DNA of 64,000 nt, taken from the NCBI GenBank assembly GCA_964402785.1, contig CAYODQ010000001.1:18124-82123 (forward strand), in the 5' to 3' direction. The notes under the pieces were generated by a model. It saw only the letters and a program-made list of their open reading frames with translations, made no database searches and was not told where the DNA came from. A program made the translations under genes and the position numbers. Origin of the DNA: an uncultured Planctomycetia bacterium (lineage in GTDB: Bacteria > Omnitrophota > Gorgyraeia > 2-02-FULL-51-18). Below are positions 10,760 through 21,361 of the stretch, one piece after another; within the stretch, counting starts at the first letter, position 1; every line of letters begins with the position of its first letter.

Positions 10760-12019
10760 ATGGATATAGATTTAGCGAAACTTAAGAAAATGAAAATGTC
10801 GGAGCTGAACGACATCGCCCATAAGATGAAAGTGAATGGTGTCAGCGGACTCAAGAAACAGGATCTGATCTTTAAGATCCTGCAGGCGCAGCCCGAACAG
10901 GATGGCGTCATGACGGGGGAGGGTGTACTGGAGATCCTGCAGGACGGCTTCGGATTTTTACGCTCACCCAATTACAATTATTTGCCTTGCCCGGATGATA
11001 TTTATGTATCTCCGTCTCAGATTCGCAAATTCAATTTGCGCACGGGTGATACTGTAGCCGGTCAGATCCGCCCGCCCAAAGAGGGTGAGCGTTATTTCGC
11101 CATGCTGATGGTGAACAAAGTGAACAATGAGTCGCCTGGTGATGTGCGCGAAAAGGTGCTGTTCGATGACCTGACGCCCATTTATCCAAACCATAAATGG
11201 CAGATGGAGACGGGCGGTTCCGACGTATCGACACGCATTTTAGATCTATTGGCTCCTATTGGTATGGGTCAGCGTGGTCTTATTGTGGCGCCGCCCTACA
11301 GCGGTAAAACCGTGCTGATGCAGAAGATCGCCAATAGCATCACCACCAATCACCCGGATGCGGTGATGATCGTGCTTCTCATCGATGAGCGCCCGGAAGA
11401 AGTCACGGATATGCAACGCCTGGTGAAGGGTGAGGTCATAAGCTCCACCTTTGATGAGCCGGCTGAGCGTCATGTGCAGGTGGCTGAGATGGTGTTGGAG
11501 AAGGCTAAGCGTTTGGTTGAATGCAAAAAGGATGTTGTGATCCTTTTGGACTCGATCACTCGTCTCGCACGTGCCTATAACACAACTGTCCCACATTCAG
11601 GTAAGATACTGTCAGGCGGTGTGGACTCGAATGCGCTTCACAAGCCCAAGCGGTTCTTTGGTGCTGCGCGCAGCATCGAAGAGGGCGGCAGTTTGACCAT
11701 CATCGCGACGGCTCTGGTGGACACGGGCAGCCGCATGGACGAAGTGATCTTTGAAGAATTTAAGGGTACCGGTAATATGGAAGTTCAGTTGGATCGCAAT
11801 TTGTTCCAACGCCGTATTTATCCGTCTATCGATATCAAGCGCTCCAACACAAGGCGCGAAGAGTTGTTGGTGGAAAAAGATGACTTGGCCAAGATATGGA
11901 TCTTGCGCAAAGTGTTGAATGAACTGAGTAGCGCGGAAGCGATGGAGCTTTTGATCGATAAGGTCTCAAAGACCAAAACGAACCGCGAATTTTTGAAAAA
12001 TATGAACAAGGTGTCATAA
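10760..12019 (+). CDS. rho: Transcription termination factor Rho (full length: N-terminal RNA-binding domain + ATPase domain)
   Basis: N-terminal Rho_N/CSD-like region; P-loop APPYSGKT; Q-loop and R-loop motifs ([20 protein letters not shown]). Confidence 0.97.
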   Translation: MDIDLAKLKKMKMSELNDIAHKMKVNGVSGLKKQDLIFKILQAQPEQDGVMTGEGVLEILQDGFGFLRSPNYNYLPCPDDIYVSPSQIRKFNLRTGDTVAGQIRPPKEGERYFAMLMVNKVNNESPGDVREKVLFDDLTPIYPNHKWQMETGGSDVSTRILDLLAPIGMGQRGLIVAPPYSGKTVLMQKIANSITTNHPDAVMIVLLIDERPEEVTDMQRLVKGEVISSTFDEPAERHVQVAEMVLEKAKRLVECKKDVVILLDSITRLARAYNTTVPHSGKILSGGVDSNALHKPKRFFGAARSIEEGGSLTIIATALVDTGSRMDEVIFEEFKGTGNMEVQLDRNLFQRRIYPSIDIKRSNTRREELLVEKDDLAKIWILRKVLNELSSAEAMELLIDKVSKTKTNREFLKNMNKVS

Positions 12020-12030
12020 AGGAGAAAGTC

Positions 12031-12237
12031 ATGAAAGAGAAGATACATCCCAAATACAACGAGACGACGATCACATGCAATTGTGGCAATGTGATCCACA
12101 CGCGCTCGACCAAGCCGAATATCCGCGTGGAGATCTGCGCCAACTGTCATCCGTTTTTCACGGGACAACATAAGCTTATCGACAGCGCCGGACGCGTCGA
12201 GAAGTTCCAAAAGAGATACAATAAGAAGGCAAACTAA
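12031..12237 (+). CDS. rpmE: 50S ribosomal protein L31
   Basis: [29 protein letters not shown] zinc-ribbon L31. Confidence 0.95.
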   Translation: MKEKIHPKYNETTITCNCGNVIHTRSTKPNIRVEICANCHPFFTGQHKLIDSAGRVEKFQKRYNKKAN

Positions 12238-12384
12238 AAATCTGCTGAAAAAGCCTCATCTGCGTTGTTGTGCCACTCGTTCGCTTGTGCCTGCCTGCCG
12301 ACAGGCAGGCGACGCTATTCCCATAGCGCCTCCGCGCTCACTCGTGCACGCCTAGCATATGAGGCTTTTTGAGCAGATTTTTAG
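12238..12384. repeat. MITE-like palindromic intergenic repeat, copy A (terminal inverted repeats ATCTGCTGAAAAAGCCTCAT / ATGAGGCTTTTTGAGCAGAT), carrying a 22-nt near-perfect palindrome core GCCTGCCTGCCGACAGGCAGGC at 12289-12310
   Basis: Long hairpin directly after rpmE stop; the reverse complement aligns along its length with the element at 61664-61790 except for the core insertion. Confidence 0.7.
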
Positions 12385-12422
12385 TTTTCTCTATATATAA
12401 ATTTTTATAATCGATTGATCTG

Positions 12423-13484
12423 ATGAGATTTATCAAAAAAGTAGAAGAGAAGGTCAGGCGCTACGAAGAAGTTCGTAAGCTCCTAGAAGATCCCACGGTG
12501 ACGAGTGATCAAACCAAGTTGCGCGATCTGGGTAAGGAGTTCCGTGCCCTTGAGCCCATCACGTCTCTCTTTAAGAATTATCTCAAAGCCCAGGAAGAGA
12601 CCGAGGAAGTTCAAAAAATTTTAAATGACAAATCCCAGCCTGCCGACATGCTTGAGATGGCGAAGGCCGAAGCGGCTTCTTTGGAAACGCAGCTGAAGCA
12701 GATCACCAAAGACATTGAGGGTTGTTTGATTCAAGAAGACCCCATGCTTCAGAAAAACGTGATCCTGGAAATTCGGGCAGGAACGGGAGGTCTTGAAGCG
12801 GGTCTTTTTGCAGCTGAGCTGTTTCGTATGTACACCCGATTTGCTCAAAAGCTGGGTTTTAAAGTAGAGGTGTTGTCTAGCTCGCCCAACGAAGCGGGTG
12901 GCCTCAAAGAACTCATCGCCAATATTTCCGGCTCCGGCGCTTATGGTAAGTTTAAGTTTGAGAGCGGCACGCATCGTGTGCAGCGCGTACCCGCGACCGA
13001 AGCTTCTGGCCGTATTCACACATCCGCTGTCACGGTCGCTATTATGCCGGAAGCAGAGGAAGTCGAGATCGAGATAAAAAATGAAGATCTTCGCATCGAT
13101 GTTTTTCGCTCCGGCGGCCCTGGCGGTCAGAGCGTCAACACCACCGATTCAGCTGTCCGTATCACTCATATTCCTTCGGGTTTGACCGTCAGTTGCCAGG
13201 ACGAGAAATCACAACTGAAGAACAAACAAAAAGGACTCAAGATCCTTCGTGCACGTTTGTATGACAAGATCACTTCCGAGCGCAATGCTGAGCTGGCCAA
13301 ACAGCGCAAAGAGCAGGTGGGTTCGGGTGATCGCAGCGAAAAAATTCGCACCTACAATTTTCCTGACAGGCGCGTCACCGATCATCGTATCGGGCTGACT
13401 CTGTATAATCTTGAAGCCGTGATGGAGGGGGAGATCGGCGAATTCGTCGAAGCCCTCTTTCAGGCAGAGCTGGAGAAAATGTGA
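12423..13484 (+). CDS. prfA: Peptide chain release factor 1
   Basis: GGQ motif SGGPGGQSVNTTDSAVRITHIPSG; followed by prmC. Confidence 0.96.
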   Translation: MRFIKKVEEKVRRYEEVRKLLEDPTVTSDQTKLRDLGKEFRALEPITSLFKNYLKAQEETEEVQKILNDKSQPADMLEMAKAEAASLETQLKQITKDIEGCLIQEDPMLQKNVILEIRAGTGGLEAGLFAAELFRMYTRFAQKLGFKVEVLSSSPNEAGGLKELIANISGSGAYGKFKFESGTHRVQRVPATEASGRIHTSAVTVAIMPEAEEVEIEIKNEDLRIDVFRSGGPGGQSVNTTDSAVRITHIPSGLTVSCQDEKSQLKNKQKGLKILRARLYDKITSERNAELAKQRKEQVGSGDRSEKIRTYNFPDRRVTDHRIGLTLYNLEAVMEGEIGEFVEALFQAELEKM

Positions 13485-14335
13485 GAGAGCTCTTGAAGCA
13501 TATGGAAGAGCAGTTGGGTCGAGCCGGCGCTTTGTCTCCTCGCGTCGAGGCAGAGCGTATTCTGGAGCATTGCTCTGGTAAGGATCGCCTTAGTTTTTAT
13601 TTGGACAGTAAGACGCTTGCGCCCATGACACTCAAAAAAGTCAGCCGCATTTTACGGGCTCGCGAGGAGGGTATTCCGTTGGCGCATGTGATGGGTGAAG
13701 CTCCGTTTTATGGCCGCCTTTTTGCTGTATCGCCCGACACGCTGATCCCCAGGCCCGAGACCGAGGTGTTGGTGGAGGAAGTTTTGGCGCTTATGCGAGG
13801 ACGTTTTAAAGACAAGGCGCCCAAAATATTGGATTTGGGAGCCGGTACTGGTTGTATTGCCATAAGTTTGACAATAGACGGCCCCCCCTGTAGAATGACG
13901 GCTCTGGATGCTTCCCCAAAGGCACTTAAAATTTGTCGTAAGAATCTGAAACGCTTTGGGTTAGGTGAAAAGATAAAAGTTGTCGAAGGCTTTACTTTTT
14001 TGCCTTTCAAGAAGACAAAAGCAGTTTGGGACATTATTGTGTCCAATCCGCCGTATATACCCGACGAAGATTGGGCGGGTCTTTCCGGGGAAGTTCAGCG
14101 CGAGCCTCGGTTGGCACTTTTAGGCGGGTCGTTGGGACTGGATGTGATCAGGGAGATCTTATCCGAAGCTCCTTCGCGATTAAATTCGGACGGAGTACTG
14201 CTCATGGAGATAGGTCAGGGGCAATCCAAGATTTTGCAACAGGATCTAAAAATAAATAAACATTACAAAAATATCCGATTCATTCAAGATCTGAACGGCA
14301 TCGATAGAATTTTAATAGCGGAAAAAAATGGATAA
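13481..14335 (+). CDS. prmC: Release-factor glutamine N5-methyltransferase (HemK)
   Basis: NPPY motif (SNPPYIP), SAM-binding LDLGAGTGCIA; GTGA overlap with prfA. Confidence 0.92.
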   Translation: MRELLKHMEEQLGRAGALSPRVEAERILEHCSGKDRLSFYLDSKTLAPMTLKKVSRILRAREEGIPLAHVMGEAPFYGRLFAVSPDTLIPRPETEVLVEEVLALMRGRFKDKAPKILDLGAGTGCIAISLTIDGPPCRMTALDASPKALKICRKNLKRFGLGEKIKVVEGFTFLPFKKTKAVWDIIVSNPPYIPDEDWAGLSGEVQREPRLALLGGSLGLDVIREILSEAPSRLNSDGVLLMEIGQGQSKILQQDLKINKHYKNIRFIQDLNGIDRILIAEKNG

Positions 14336-15596
14336 ACTGGTCATTGAAGGCGGCCGAAGGCTGCAAGGCACGGTCGAAGTAAGCGGCGCCAAAAATTCTG
14401 CGCTGCCGATATTGGCCGCCGCATTTTTATCGCGCGAAAAATCAGTTATTAAAAATGTTCCGCAAGTTGCGGACGTCTTCACGATGGTGAAGATCATGCG
14501 GCAGCTGGGCGCCAAAGTGAATCATGCCGCGGATACGGTCGAGATCGATTCGGCGGCTGTGAAGAACCCCGTTCTTTCTTATAAGCTTGTCAGCACCATG
14601 CGTGGCTCTATTTGTTTTCTAGGCCCACTTTTGGCACGATTTGGACATGCGCAGGTGTCGTTTCCGGGCGGATGCGTGATCGGCCCGAGGCCTATTGATT
14701 TGCATATCAAAGGCATGAAGGCATTGGGCGCGGATGTGACATTGGAGCACGGATATGTATTGGCCAAAGCCAAGCAGCTCAAAGGTCGCCGTATATTTCT
14801 GGGCGGCGCGTTCGGATCCAGTGTTTTAGGAACCGGCAATGTGATGATGGCCGCGTGTTTGGCTAAAGGCCGCACCGTGATCGATAACGCTGCTTGTGAG
14901 CCTGAGGTCGTAGACCTTGGAAATTTTCTGAAGAAAATGGGCGCTAAGATCGAGGGGCTCGGTTCTCCGTCGATCGAAATCGAGGGTGTCAAAAAATTAC
15001 ACGGAGCCACGTATACCGTGATCCCGGATCGCATTGAAGCCGGGACGTACGTGATGGCCTCTGCGATGACCAAGGGCGACGTGACGCTTAAGAACATGAA
15101 TGCCAACATGCTCGGCGCCATGGTGGATAAATTAAGGGACGCGGGCGTTCATATCCTTGAGAAGAACGGGGATGTGCGTGTGCGTCGTGAAAGAGTTTTG
15201 CGGCCGGTGTCGGTGACGACACTTCCTTATCCAGGTTTTCCGACGGATTTGCAAGCGCAAATGATGGCACTTATGTGCATCGTGCCCGGCATCAGCGTGA
15301 TCACTGAGAAGATTTATCCGGATCGTTTTATGCACGTGGCCGAGCTCAATCGTATGGGCGCCAATGTGATGTTGGAGGGCAATAGTGCGATCGTCAGCGG
15401 AAAGAAGAAATTGTCTGGAGCGCCTGTGATGGCATCCGATTTGCGCGCAAGCGCTGCCTTGGTATTGGCGGGGTTAGTCGCCGAGGGAACTACGGAAGTT
15501 TCTCGTGTGTACCATCTCGACCGTGGGTATGAGAATTTGGTGGCCAAGCTTCAAAGCTTGGGAGCAAAAATAAGAAGAGAAAAAGATTTAAGATAA
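14328..15596 (+). CDS. murA: UDP-N-acetylglucosamine 1-carboxyvinyltransferase
   Basis: MDKLVIEGGRRLQGTVEVSGAKNSALPILAA canonical MurA N-terminus. Confidence 0.96.
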   Translation: MDKLVIEGGRRLQGTVEVSGAKNSALPILAAAFLSREKSVIKNVPQVADVFTMVKIMRQLGAKVNHAADTVEIDSAAVKNPVLSYKLVSTMRGSICFLGPLLARFGHAQVSFPGGCVIGPRPIDLHIKGMKALGADVTLEHGYVLAKAKQLKGRRIFLGGAFGSSVLGTGNVMMAACLAKGRTVIDNAACEPEVVDLGNFLKKMGAKIEGLGSPSIEIEGVKKLHGATYTVIPDRIEAGTYVMASAMTKGDVTLKNMNANMLGAMVDKLRDAGVHILEKNGDVRVRRERVLRPVSVTTLPYPGFPTDLQAQMMALMCIVPGISVITEKIYPDRFMHVAELNRMGANVMLEGNSAIVSGKKKLSGAPVMASDLRASAALVLAGLVAEGTTEVSRVYHLDRGYENLVAKLQSLGAKIRREKDLR

Positions 15597-15608
15597 AGGA
15601 GAAGTGAT

Positions 15609-15857
15609 ATGGCAGTTGTTATTCGTTTAAAAAATACCGGAACCAAGAAAAAGATCAAGCACCGCTTGGTCGTGACGGATTCGAAGTTTCCGCGTGATGG
15701 ACGTTTTATCGAAGAAGTGGGTTATTGGAATCCAGCAACCACTCCTGCGGACATGAAGGTCAACACCGAGCGCGTTACATTTTGGATGAGCAAGGGCGCA
15801 AAGCCATCTGAGACCGTACGTTCTATCCTCAAAAAAGCGGGGATGAAGCTCAGCTGA
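15609..15857 (+). CDS. rpsP: 30S ribosomal protein S16
   Basis: MAVVIRLKNTGTKKKIKHRLVVTDSKFPRDGRFIEEVGYWNP. Confidence 0.95.
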   Translation: MAVVIRLKNTGTKKKIKHRLVVTDSKFPRDGRFIEEVGYWNPATTPADMKVNTERVTFWMSKGAKPSETVRSILKKAGMKLS

Positions 15858-15868
15858 AGATCCATGTT

Positions 15869-16573
15869 TTGACGCTTTTCCCGGGGATGTTCGATTCGTT
15901 TTTATCGCATTCCATGGTGAAGCGGGCTCTTGAGAAGAAGGCTGTTTCGATCCAGATCCACAATTTAAGGGACTGGACGCATGACAAACACAAGACTTGT
16001 GATGACAAGCCTTTTGGTGGCGGCCCCGGCATGCTGATGAAGCCGGAGCCTATTTTCGAGGCCTATGATAGTTTGTTTGGCGGATCCACAAAGAAGCGCG
16101 GTTTGCGTTTTGTTTATCTGACACCGTCCGGAAAGCCATTTAATCAGGCTATGGCCACCGAGTTTTCGAAGGAAAAAGAGATCGCTTTCCTTTGTGGGCA
16201 TTATGAGGGTGTGGACGAGCGGGTTATTGAGGGATTGGTAACCGATGAGGTCTCTATCGGGGACTACGTGATGACGCAGGGCGAGACACCTGCCATGGTG
16301 GTGATGGATACGGTGATCCGGCTCTTGCCGGGAGTGCTGGGATGTGCAGATTCGAAGGAATTTGAAAGTTTCACCCTAAATCTGCTAGAATACCCCCAAT
16401 ACACTCGACCTGCCGTATACCGGGGTTTAAAAGTCCCTGACGTCTTGTTGTCGGGGGATCATAAAAAAATAGCCGATTGGCAGCAGAAACAGGCTCTTTT
16501 GAGGACGAAGAAAAGGCGGCCGGATCTGTTGAAAAAAGAGGCCAGGGTAAAAAGTAAAAAAAGTAAGACTTAA
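15869..16573 (+). CDS. trmD: tRNA (guanine37-N1)-methyltransferase (TTG start; no rimM between rpsP and trmD)
   Basis: [31 protein letters not shown] motifs. Confidence 0.92.
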   Translation: MTLFPGMFDSFLSHSMVKRALEKKAVSIQIHNLRDWTHDKHKTCDDKPFGGGPGMLMKPEPIFEAYDSLFGGSTKKRGLRFVYLTPSGKPFNQAMATEFSKEKEIAFLCGHYEGVDERVIEGLVTDEVSIGDYVMTQGETPAMVVMDTVIRLLPGVLGCADSKEFESFTLNLLEYPQYTRPAVYRGLKVPDVLLSGDHKKIADWQQKQALLRTKKRRPDLLKKEARVKSKKSKT

Positions 16574-16592
16574 GGCAGTCAGGAGTTTAAAA

Positions 16593-16967
16593 ATGCATCC
16601 GCTAGTCAAGGCTATTGAGGCCGAACAAACAAAAAAAGATGTGCCAGCATTCTCGATCGGAGATACGGTTCGGGTGTCGGTCCGCGTGGAAGAAGGCGAC
16701 AAGATCCGTACACAGGTTTACGAAGGAACCGTGATGCGTAAAAAGGGCTCAGGGATCCGCGCCACTTTCACAGTGCGCAGAGTTTCTTTTGGTGAAGGTG
16801 TGGAGCGCCATTTTCCGGTTCATTCACCCACAGTTCAGAAGATAGAGGTGGTTCGTAAGGGCAAGGTGCGTCGCGCCAAGCTTTACTATCTTAGAAAATC
16901 TACCGGAAAGAGAAATCGTATTGAGGAAGAAAAGCGAGAAGAGGCTCCAGCAGCTTCTTCTGCATGA
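16593..16967 (+). CDS. rplS: 50S ribosomal protein L19
   Basis: [35 protein letters not shown]. Confidence 0.95.
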   Translation: MHPLVKAIEAEQTKKDVPAFSIGDTVRVSVRVEEGDKIRTQVYEGTVMRKKGSGIRATFTVRRVSFGEGVERHFPVHSPTVQKIEVVRKGKVRRAKLYYLRKSTGKRNRIEEEKREEAPAASSA

Positions 16968-17556
16968 TCTAAAGTTTCTCGATCAGGGGTTTAAGTCCCT
17001 GGCGGGCGTGGATGAAGCGGGTCGTGGCCCATGGGCGGGTCCAGTCGTCGCTTCAGCCGTGATCGTCAGGGACTTTTCATTTTTATCGGATATTGATGAT
17101 TCGAAGAAAATGACAGCTCGTACCCGTGAAGAGGCATACACGGAGATCCTTGCTAAGTGTGATGTGGGGGTCGGTATCGTGGATGCGGTATCCATTGATC
17201 GTTGGAATATTCTCCAAGCGACATTTCGTGCGATGGAGCTGGCGGTCTCTAAACTGCCCGCTCAGCCGGAATGTGTTTTGATCGATGGGGATAAAGTTCC
17301 GAAGTTGGAGGCGCGTCAATTTCCTGTTATCGGGGGAGACCGGATATCGTTGGCGATCGCCTGCGCTTCCATCGTTGCTAAAGTGACGCGTGATCGTTTG
17401 ATGGATACGTATCACAACCAGTACCCGGAGTATGGATTTGCTGATCATAAAGGTTATGGCACGGCACAGCACTCTGAAGCGTTGAAAGTTCACGGGCCCT
17501 GTGAGATCCATCGAAAAAGTTTTGCACCAATAAAGGTTTTATTGAATCCCAATTAA
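16921..17556 (+). CDS. rnhB: Ribonuclease HII (only in-frame ATG/GTG/TTG upstream of the GVDEAGRG motif is at 16921, giving a 47-nt overlap with rplS; true start uncertain)
   Basis: [23 protein letters not shown] catalytic motif. Confidence 0.82.
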   Translation: MRKKSEKRLQQLLLHDLKFLDQGFKSLAGVDEAGRGPWAGPVVASAVIVRDFSFLSDIDDSKKMTARTREEAYTEILAKCDVGVGIVDAVSIDRWNILQATFRAMELAVSKLPAQPECVLIDGDKVPKLEARQFPVIGGDRISLAIACASIVAKVTRDRLMDTYHNQYPEYGFADHKGYGTAQHSEALKVHGPCEIHRKSFAPIKVLLNPN

Positions 17557-17584
17557 TTCGAATCAACTCTAAAAGGATTTTTAT

Positions 17585-19123
17585 ATGGAAACTCTTTTAA
17601 TCATTGATTTTGGTTCTCAGTATAATCAACTTATTGCCCGCCGCGTCCGAGAAGCTAAAGTTTTTTGTGAAATTGTCCCTCCAACCATCTCCATCGACAA
17701 AATTTTATCCAAAAACGTAAAAGGGATCATTCTTTCCGGAGGGCCGGCGAGTATCTATCAAAAGAATTCACCCAAGCTTAACCCTGAGTTTTTGCAGCTG
17801 AAGGTGCCGGTGCTGGGTATTTGTTATGGTATGCAGGCTATTTCTCATCTACTGGGCGGTGAGGTTCGCAAGGCGCGGCATCGTGAATACGGCCGCGCGG
17901 ATGTATACACGGTTTCGGGTGGAGGTTCTCTTTTTAGGGGCACGCCTCGCCGATGGACATCTTGGATGAGTCATGGCGATTACGTCTCACGTGTGCCCAA
18001 AGGCTTTGTCCGCACCGCTTATACCAAAAATACGCATATGGCTGCTTTTGAGAATCGGGAGCAGAAGATATATGGTGTGCAATTCCATCCCGAAGTGATG
18101 CACAGTCAGTTCGGAACGAATGTCATCCAAAATTTCTTGTTCGGTGTCTGCCAATTCAAGAAAACATGGACCATGGATAATTTTATCCGTGAGACTGTGC
18201 TTAAGATCCGTGATCAAGTTAAGAATGACCGCGTGATCTTGGGTCTCTCCGGTGGAGTCGATTCTTCGGTGGCCGCCGCATTGCTTTCAAGGGCGATCGG
18301 AAAAAAGTTAACATGTATCTTTGTCAACAATGGCCTTCTTCGCAAAGACGAAGTGGATCAGGTGAGACAAGCTTTCAAAGGTAAATTCAATCTGAATATG
18401 CAGATCGTGCACGCTGAAAAACATTTTTTGAGAAAACTCAAAGGTGTCACGGATCCCGAGAGAAAAAGGAAGATCATCGGCCACGAGTTTATCTATGCGT
18501 TTGACCGCGAGGCCAAGAAGATCAAAAAAGTGAAATATTTGGCGCAGGGGACACTTTATCCGGACGTGATCGAGTCGCAGTCGGCGTTTGGCGGGCCAAC
18601 CGCCGTGATCAAGTCACATCACAACGTGGGTGGCTTGCCGGAAAAAATGAATCTCAAGCTCATCGAGCCGCTCAGGGAGCTTTTCAAGGATGAGGTTCGT
18701 GCGCTGGGCCTAAAGCTGGGCTTGCCTTCTTATTTGATTGGTAGGCACCCATTTCCGGGCCCCGGCTTAGCAGTGCGTGTGCTGGGAGATATCACCGAGG
18801 AGCGGCTCAGGATCCTTCGCGAGGCCGATGTGCGCTTCATAGATGAGATCCGCAAAGCGGGATTGTATGACAAGATTTGGCAGGCATTTGCTGTGATCCT
18901 TCCTGTCAAAACGGTGGGCGTTATGGGTGACGAAAGAACTTATGACAATGTGATAGCGCTTCGTGCTGTGACATCGGTGGACGGGATGACAGCCGACTGG
19001 TTTGAATTTCCTCGGGATGTGATGGCCAGAATTTCCAACCGAATTATCAATGAAGTCAAAGGTGTCAACCGCGTGGTTTATGATGTCAGCTCCAAACCAC
19101 CCGCCACCATCGAATGGGAGTAA
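17585..19123 (+). CDS. guaA: GMP synthase (glutamine-hydrolysing)
   Basis: GATase domain (ICYGMQ), ATP-PPase SGGVDSSV, C-terminal dimerisation domain ending IEWE. Confidence 0.97.
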   Translation: METLLIIDFGSQYNQLIARRVREAKVFCEIVPPTISIDKILSKNVKGIILSGGPASIYQKNSPKLNPEFLQLKVPVLGICYGMQAISHLLGGEVRKARHREYGRADVYTVSGGGSLFRGTPRRWTSWMSHGDYVSRVPKGFVRTAYTKNTHMAAFENREQKIYGVQFHPEVMHSQFGTNVIQNFLFGVCQFKKTWTMDNFIRETVLKIRDQVKNDRVILGLSGGVDSSVAAALLSRAIGKKLTCIFVNNGLLRKDEVDQVRQAFKGKFNLNMQIVHAEKHFLRKLKGVTDPERKRKIIGHEFIYAFDREAKKIKKVKYLAQGTLYPDVIESQSAFGGPTAVIKSHHNVGGLPEKMNLKLIEPLRELFKDEVRALGLKLGLPSYLIGRHPFPGPGLAVRVLGDITEERLRILREADVRFIDEIRKAGLYDKIWQAFAVILPVKTVGVMGDERTYDNVIALRAVTSVDGMTADWFEFPRDVMARISNRIINEVKGVNRVVYDVSSKPPATIEWE

Positions 19124-19235
19124 GCGCCTGAGCTTTCGTATGCCCTGGAGGCTTAGGATCCTCTTAGCTGTGCTTCGGGGTTTCCTGAGAAACCCCCTTG
19201 TCGCGTTTGAGCGCGTTAGTCAAGTGACAATCGAA

Positions 19236-19811
19236 ATGAAATCCCTTTATAATTTCAAGCTCCATATTCATGGCGCTGATTTTTTACGCGATCTTGTTGA
19301 TGCATCTTCACAGCTTGGTATGAAGCCCTTTTTAATGTGGGGCACGCTTCTGGGTCAGGTGAGAGAGGGGCGGTTTTTGGAGCATGACTATGACATTGAC
19401 CTGGGGATGCTGGACGATGATTACGCCAAAAAGGACGAACTTATTCGTGCAATGAAAAAAAGAGGTTATAAGGTTAGGCATGACGTGCCCTACTCATTAT
19501 CTTTTGTAACGGCCGATGGATTGCTATATTTGGATATCGATCGTATTTACAAGCACAAGGGTAAAATGATTCAGTCCGCGCGATCGGAGCTCTCGGGCGA
19601 GATCACGGCATATCATTATCCAGACCATGTGTTCAATGAGTTCGTATCAAAGATTTTTGTCGCTGGGATCCGTGTGTGGGTACCGACGCGTGCGGAGGAT
19701 TTACTGGAGTCGATCTATGGCGATTGGCGAACCCCGGCCAAGGACTATAATTATATGACCGGCCCTCGAAACGCCATCACCGATCAGGATTTTTTGAAAA
19801 CATTAAGATAG
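19236..19811 (+). CDS. LicD-family (nucleotidyltransferase-fold) phosphotransferase; start trimmed to ATG19236 (the listed ORF start at 19050 overlaps guaA in another frame)
   Basis: MWGTLLGQVREGRFLEHDYDIDLGM matches the LicD DxD-containing core. Confidence 0.68.
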   Translation: MKSLYNFKLHIHGADFLRDLVDASSQLGMKPFLMWGTLLGQVREGRFLEHDYDIDLGMLDDDYAKKDELIRAMKKRGYKVRHDVPYSLSFVTADGLLYLDIDRIYKHKGKMIQSARSELSGEITAYHYPDHVFNEFVSKIFVAGIRVWVPTRAEDLLESIYGDWRTPAKDYNYMTGPRNAITDQDFLKTLR

Positions 19812-19862
19812 GGCAACAATGCCAGCTAGTGTGATATTATTAACAACAAATGGAGGGTTCGT

Positions 19863-20102
19863 ATGAAAAAGTTTATCACCGGTTTAATGATTCTAATGGT
19901 TTGCGCGGCTTCGTCGGGTGTCGCTTTGGCTCATTGCGGCAAGTGTGGTATGGATGGTGAGCATGGCGATAAAAAAGAATGCACTATGTCTGCCGACAAG
20001 AAGCAATGTTCGATGAAAAAAGACAAAAAGTCTTGCGAAACGCATTGCAGCAAGCCTTGTTGCAATAAAGCCAAGACGAATTTTGGCCCGAGAAAGAGAT
20101 AG
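19863..20102 (+). CDS. Small secreted Cys- and Lys-rich protein (79 aa)
   Basis: Signal peptide MKKFITGLMILMVCAASSGVALA followed by HCGKCG..C..C..C..CC pattern; good RBS GGAGGG upstream; own terminator downstream. Confidence 0.55.
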   Translation: MKKFITGLMILMVCAASSGVALAHCGKCGMDGEHGDKKECTMSADKKQCSMKKDKKSCETHCSKPCCNKAKTNFGPRKR

Positions 20103-20112
20103 TTTAAATAAA

Positions 20113-20152
20113 TGGGGATGGCGGCATATGCTGCCATCCCTCTTTTTTTACT
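20113..20152 (+). terminator. Rho-independent terminator (GGGGATGGCGGCA-TATG-CTGCCATCCC + T-tract)
   Basis: Perfect GC-rich hairpin followed by TCTTTTTTT. Confidence 0.8.
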
Positions 20153-20164
20153 GGGAATCCCTCC

Positions 20165-21361
20165 GTGTCCGACGATCGCTTTAGGCTTCTGTTTGAACAT
20201 TCCTCCGATGCGCATTTCATCATTATTGATGACGTTATTACTGATTGTAATCAAGCCACGGTTTCACTGCTGAACGCTAAAAGCAAAGAAGATGTTTTAA
20301 AGATCCATCCCGGACTGCTCTCTCCTGAGTTTCAGCCGGATGGAAGGTTATCGCGCGATAAACTGATCGAAATGGATTGGGTCGCAAGAGAAAAAGGGTT
20401 CCACCGATTCGAATGGGTCCATCGTAAGCTCACAGGCGAAGATTTTCCGGTTCAGGTAACGCTCAACACGCTGGAGATCGGCGGGCGGCCCGGCATGATC
20501 GCAGTCTGGCATGACCTGACGGAGCTCAAAGAAAAGGAATCCGAGCTCAGGCAAGCGCATGACAAGATGAGGGCGGATCTTGAAGCAGCAGCTGTGATCC
20601 AGCGGTCGCTTCTTCCGGTATCCTCGCCGCGCGTGAAGGGCCTTCGTTCGGGTTGGGCTTTCAAGCCTTCGGATGAATTGGGAGGGGATATTCTTAATAT
20701 TTTCCCTTTAGATGAAAAGCATGTCGGGATGTACGTGTTGGATGTGACCGGCCACGGAGTCGGTGCGTCGCTTTTGTCAGTGGCCGCCAGCCATTTTCTT
20801 TCGCCATTTTCAGAAGCTTCATTTATCCGCAGCAAACTAGGCAGTCAATCAGGCTTGGCGCGGCCTGCCGAAGTAGCTGAAAAATTGAACCGTCATTTTA
20901 CCGCCAATCCGGATCTACTTCACTTGTTTACGATGCTGTATGGCGTGCTCAATGTTCAAACGCTGGAGTTTTGTTATGTATGTGCAGGCCATCCTCTCCC
21001 AATCGTAGTCTCCAAAGAAGGAAAAGCTCAAGCGGCCGCCGGTTCCGGGATGCCGATAGGTGTGGATCAAAATTTTGAGTATTCGGAGCTTTGTATGAAA
21101 CTTAAACCGGGGGATCGGTTTTATTTGTATTCAGATGGCCTGACCGAAGCAAGGGGTCGCCGGCGTGAACAGTTCGGAGAAGAGCGTCTAATGGCTCATC
21201 TGTCCCAGATGCGGCGATCGTCGTTATTTGAAAGCGCCCAAAGTGTCATTCGCGAAGTTGAAAATTGGTGCTCACCATCAAAACCGGATGACGATATGAC
21301 TCTTTTAGCTTGCGAACTGGTGGAAGGATGTGATGGCAAGACTCTTGAGGAGTGTTTATGA
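20165..21361 (+). CDS. PAS-domain PP2C-type serine phosphatase (RsbU/SpoIIE family)
   Basis: N-terminal PAS-like region then PP2C core GGDILNIFPLDEKHVGMYVLDVTGHGVGASLL. Confidence 0.85.
   Translation: MSDDRFRLLFEHSSDAHFIIIDDVITDCNQATVSLLNAKSKEDVLKIHPGLLSPEFQPDGRLSRDKLIEMDWVAREKGFHRFEWVHRKLTGEDFPVQVTLNTLEIGGRPGMIAVWHDLTELKEKESELRQAHDKMRADLEAAAVIQRSLLPVSSPRVKGLRSGWAFKPSDELGGDILNIFPLDEKHVGMYVLDVTGHGVGASLLSVAASHFLSPFSEASFIRSKLGSQSGLARPAEVAEKLNRHFTANPDLLHLFTMLYGVLNVQTLEFCYVCAGHPLPIVVSKEGKAQAAAGSGMPIGVDQNFEYSELCMKLKPGDRFYLYSDGLTEARGRRREQFGEERLMAHLSQMRRSSLFESAQSVIREVENWCSPSKPDDDMTLLACELVEGCDGKTLEECL

Noticed and set aside
14579-15121. Minus-strand 180-aa ORF inside murA
   Set aside because: Antisense to a highly conserved housekeeping gene.
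19050-19235. Upstream extension of the LicD-family ORF overlapping guaA
   Set aside because: Overlaps the 3' end of guaA in another frame and contains a perfect hairpin. The LicD-family conserved region starts after ATG19236.
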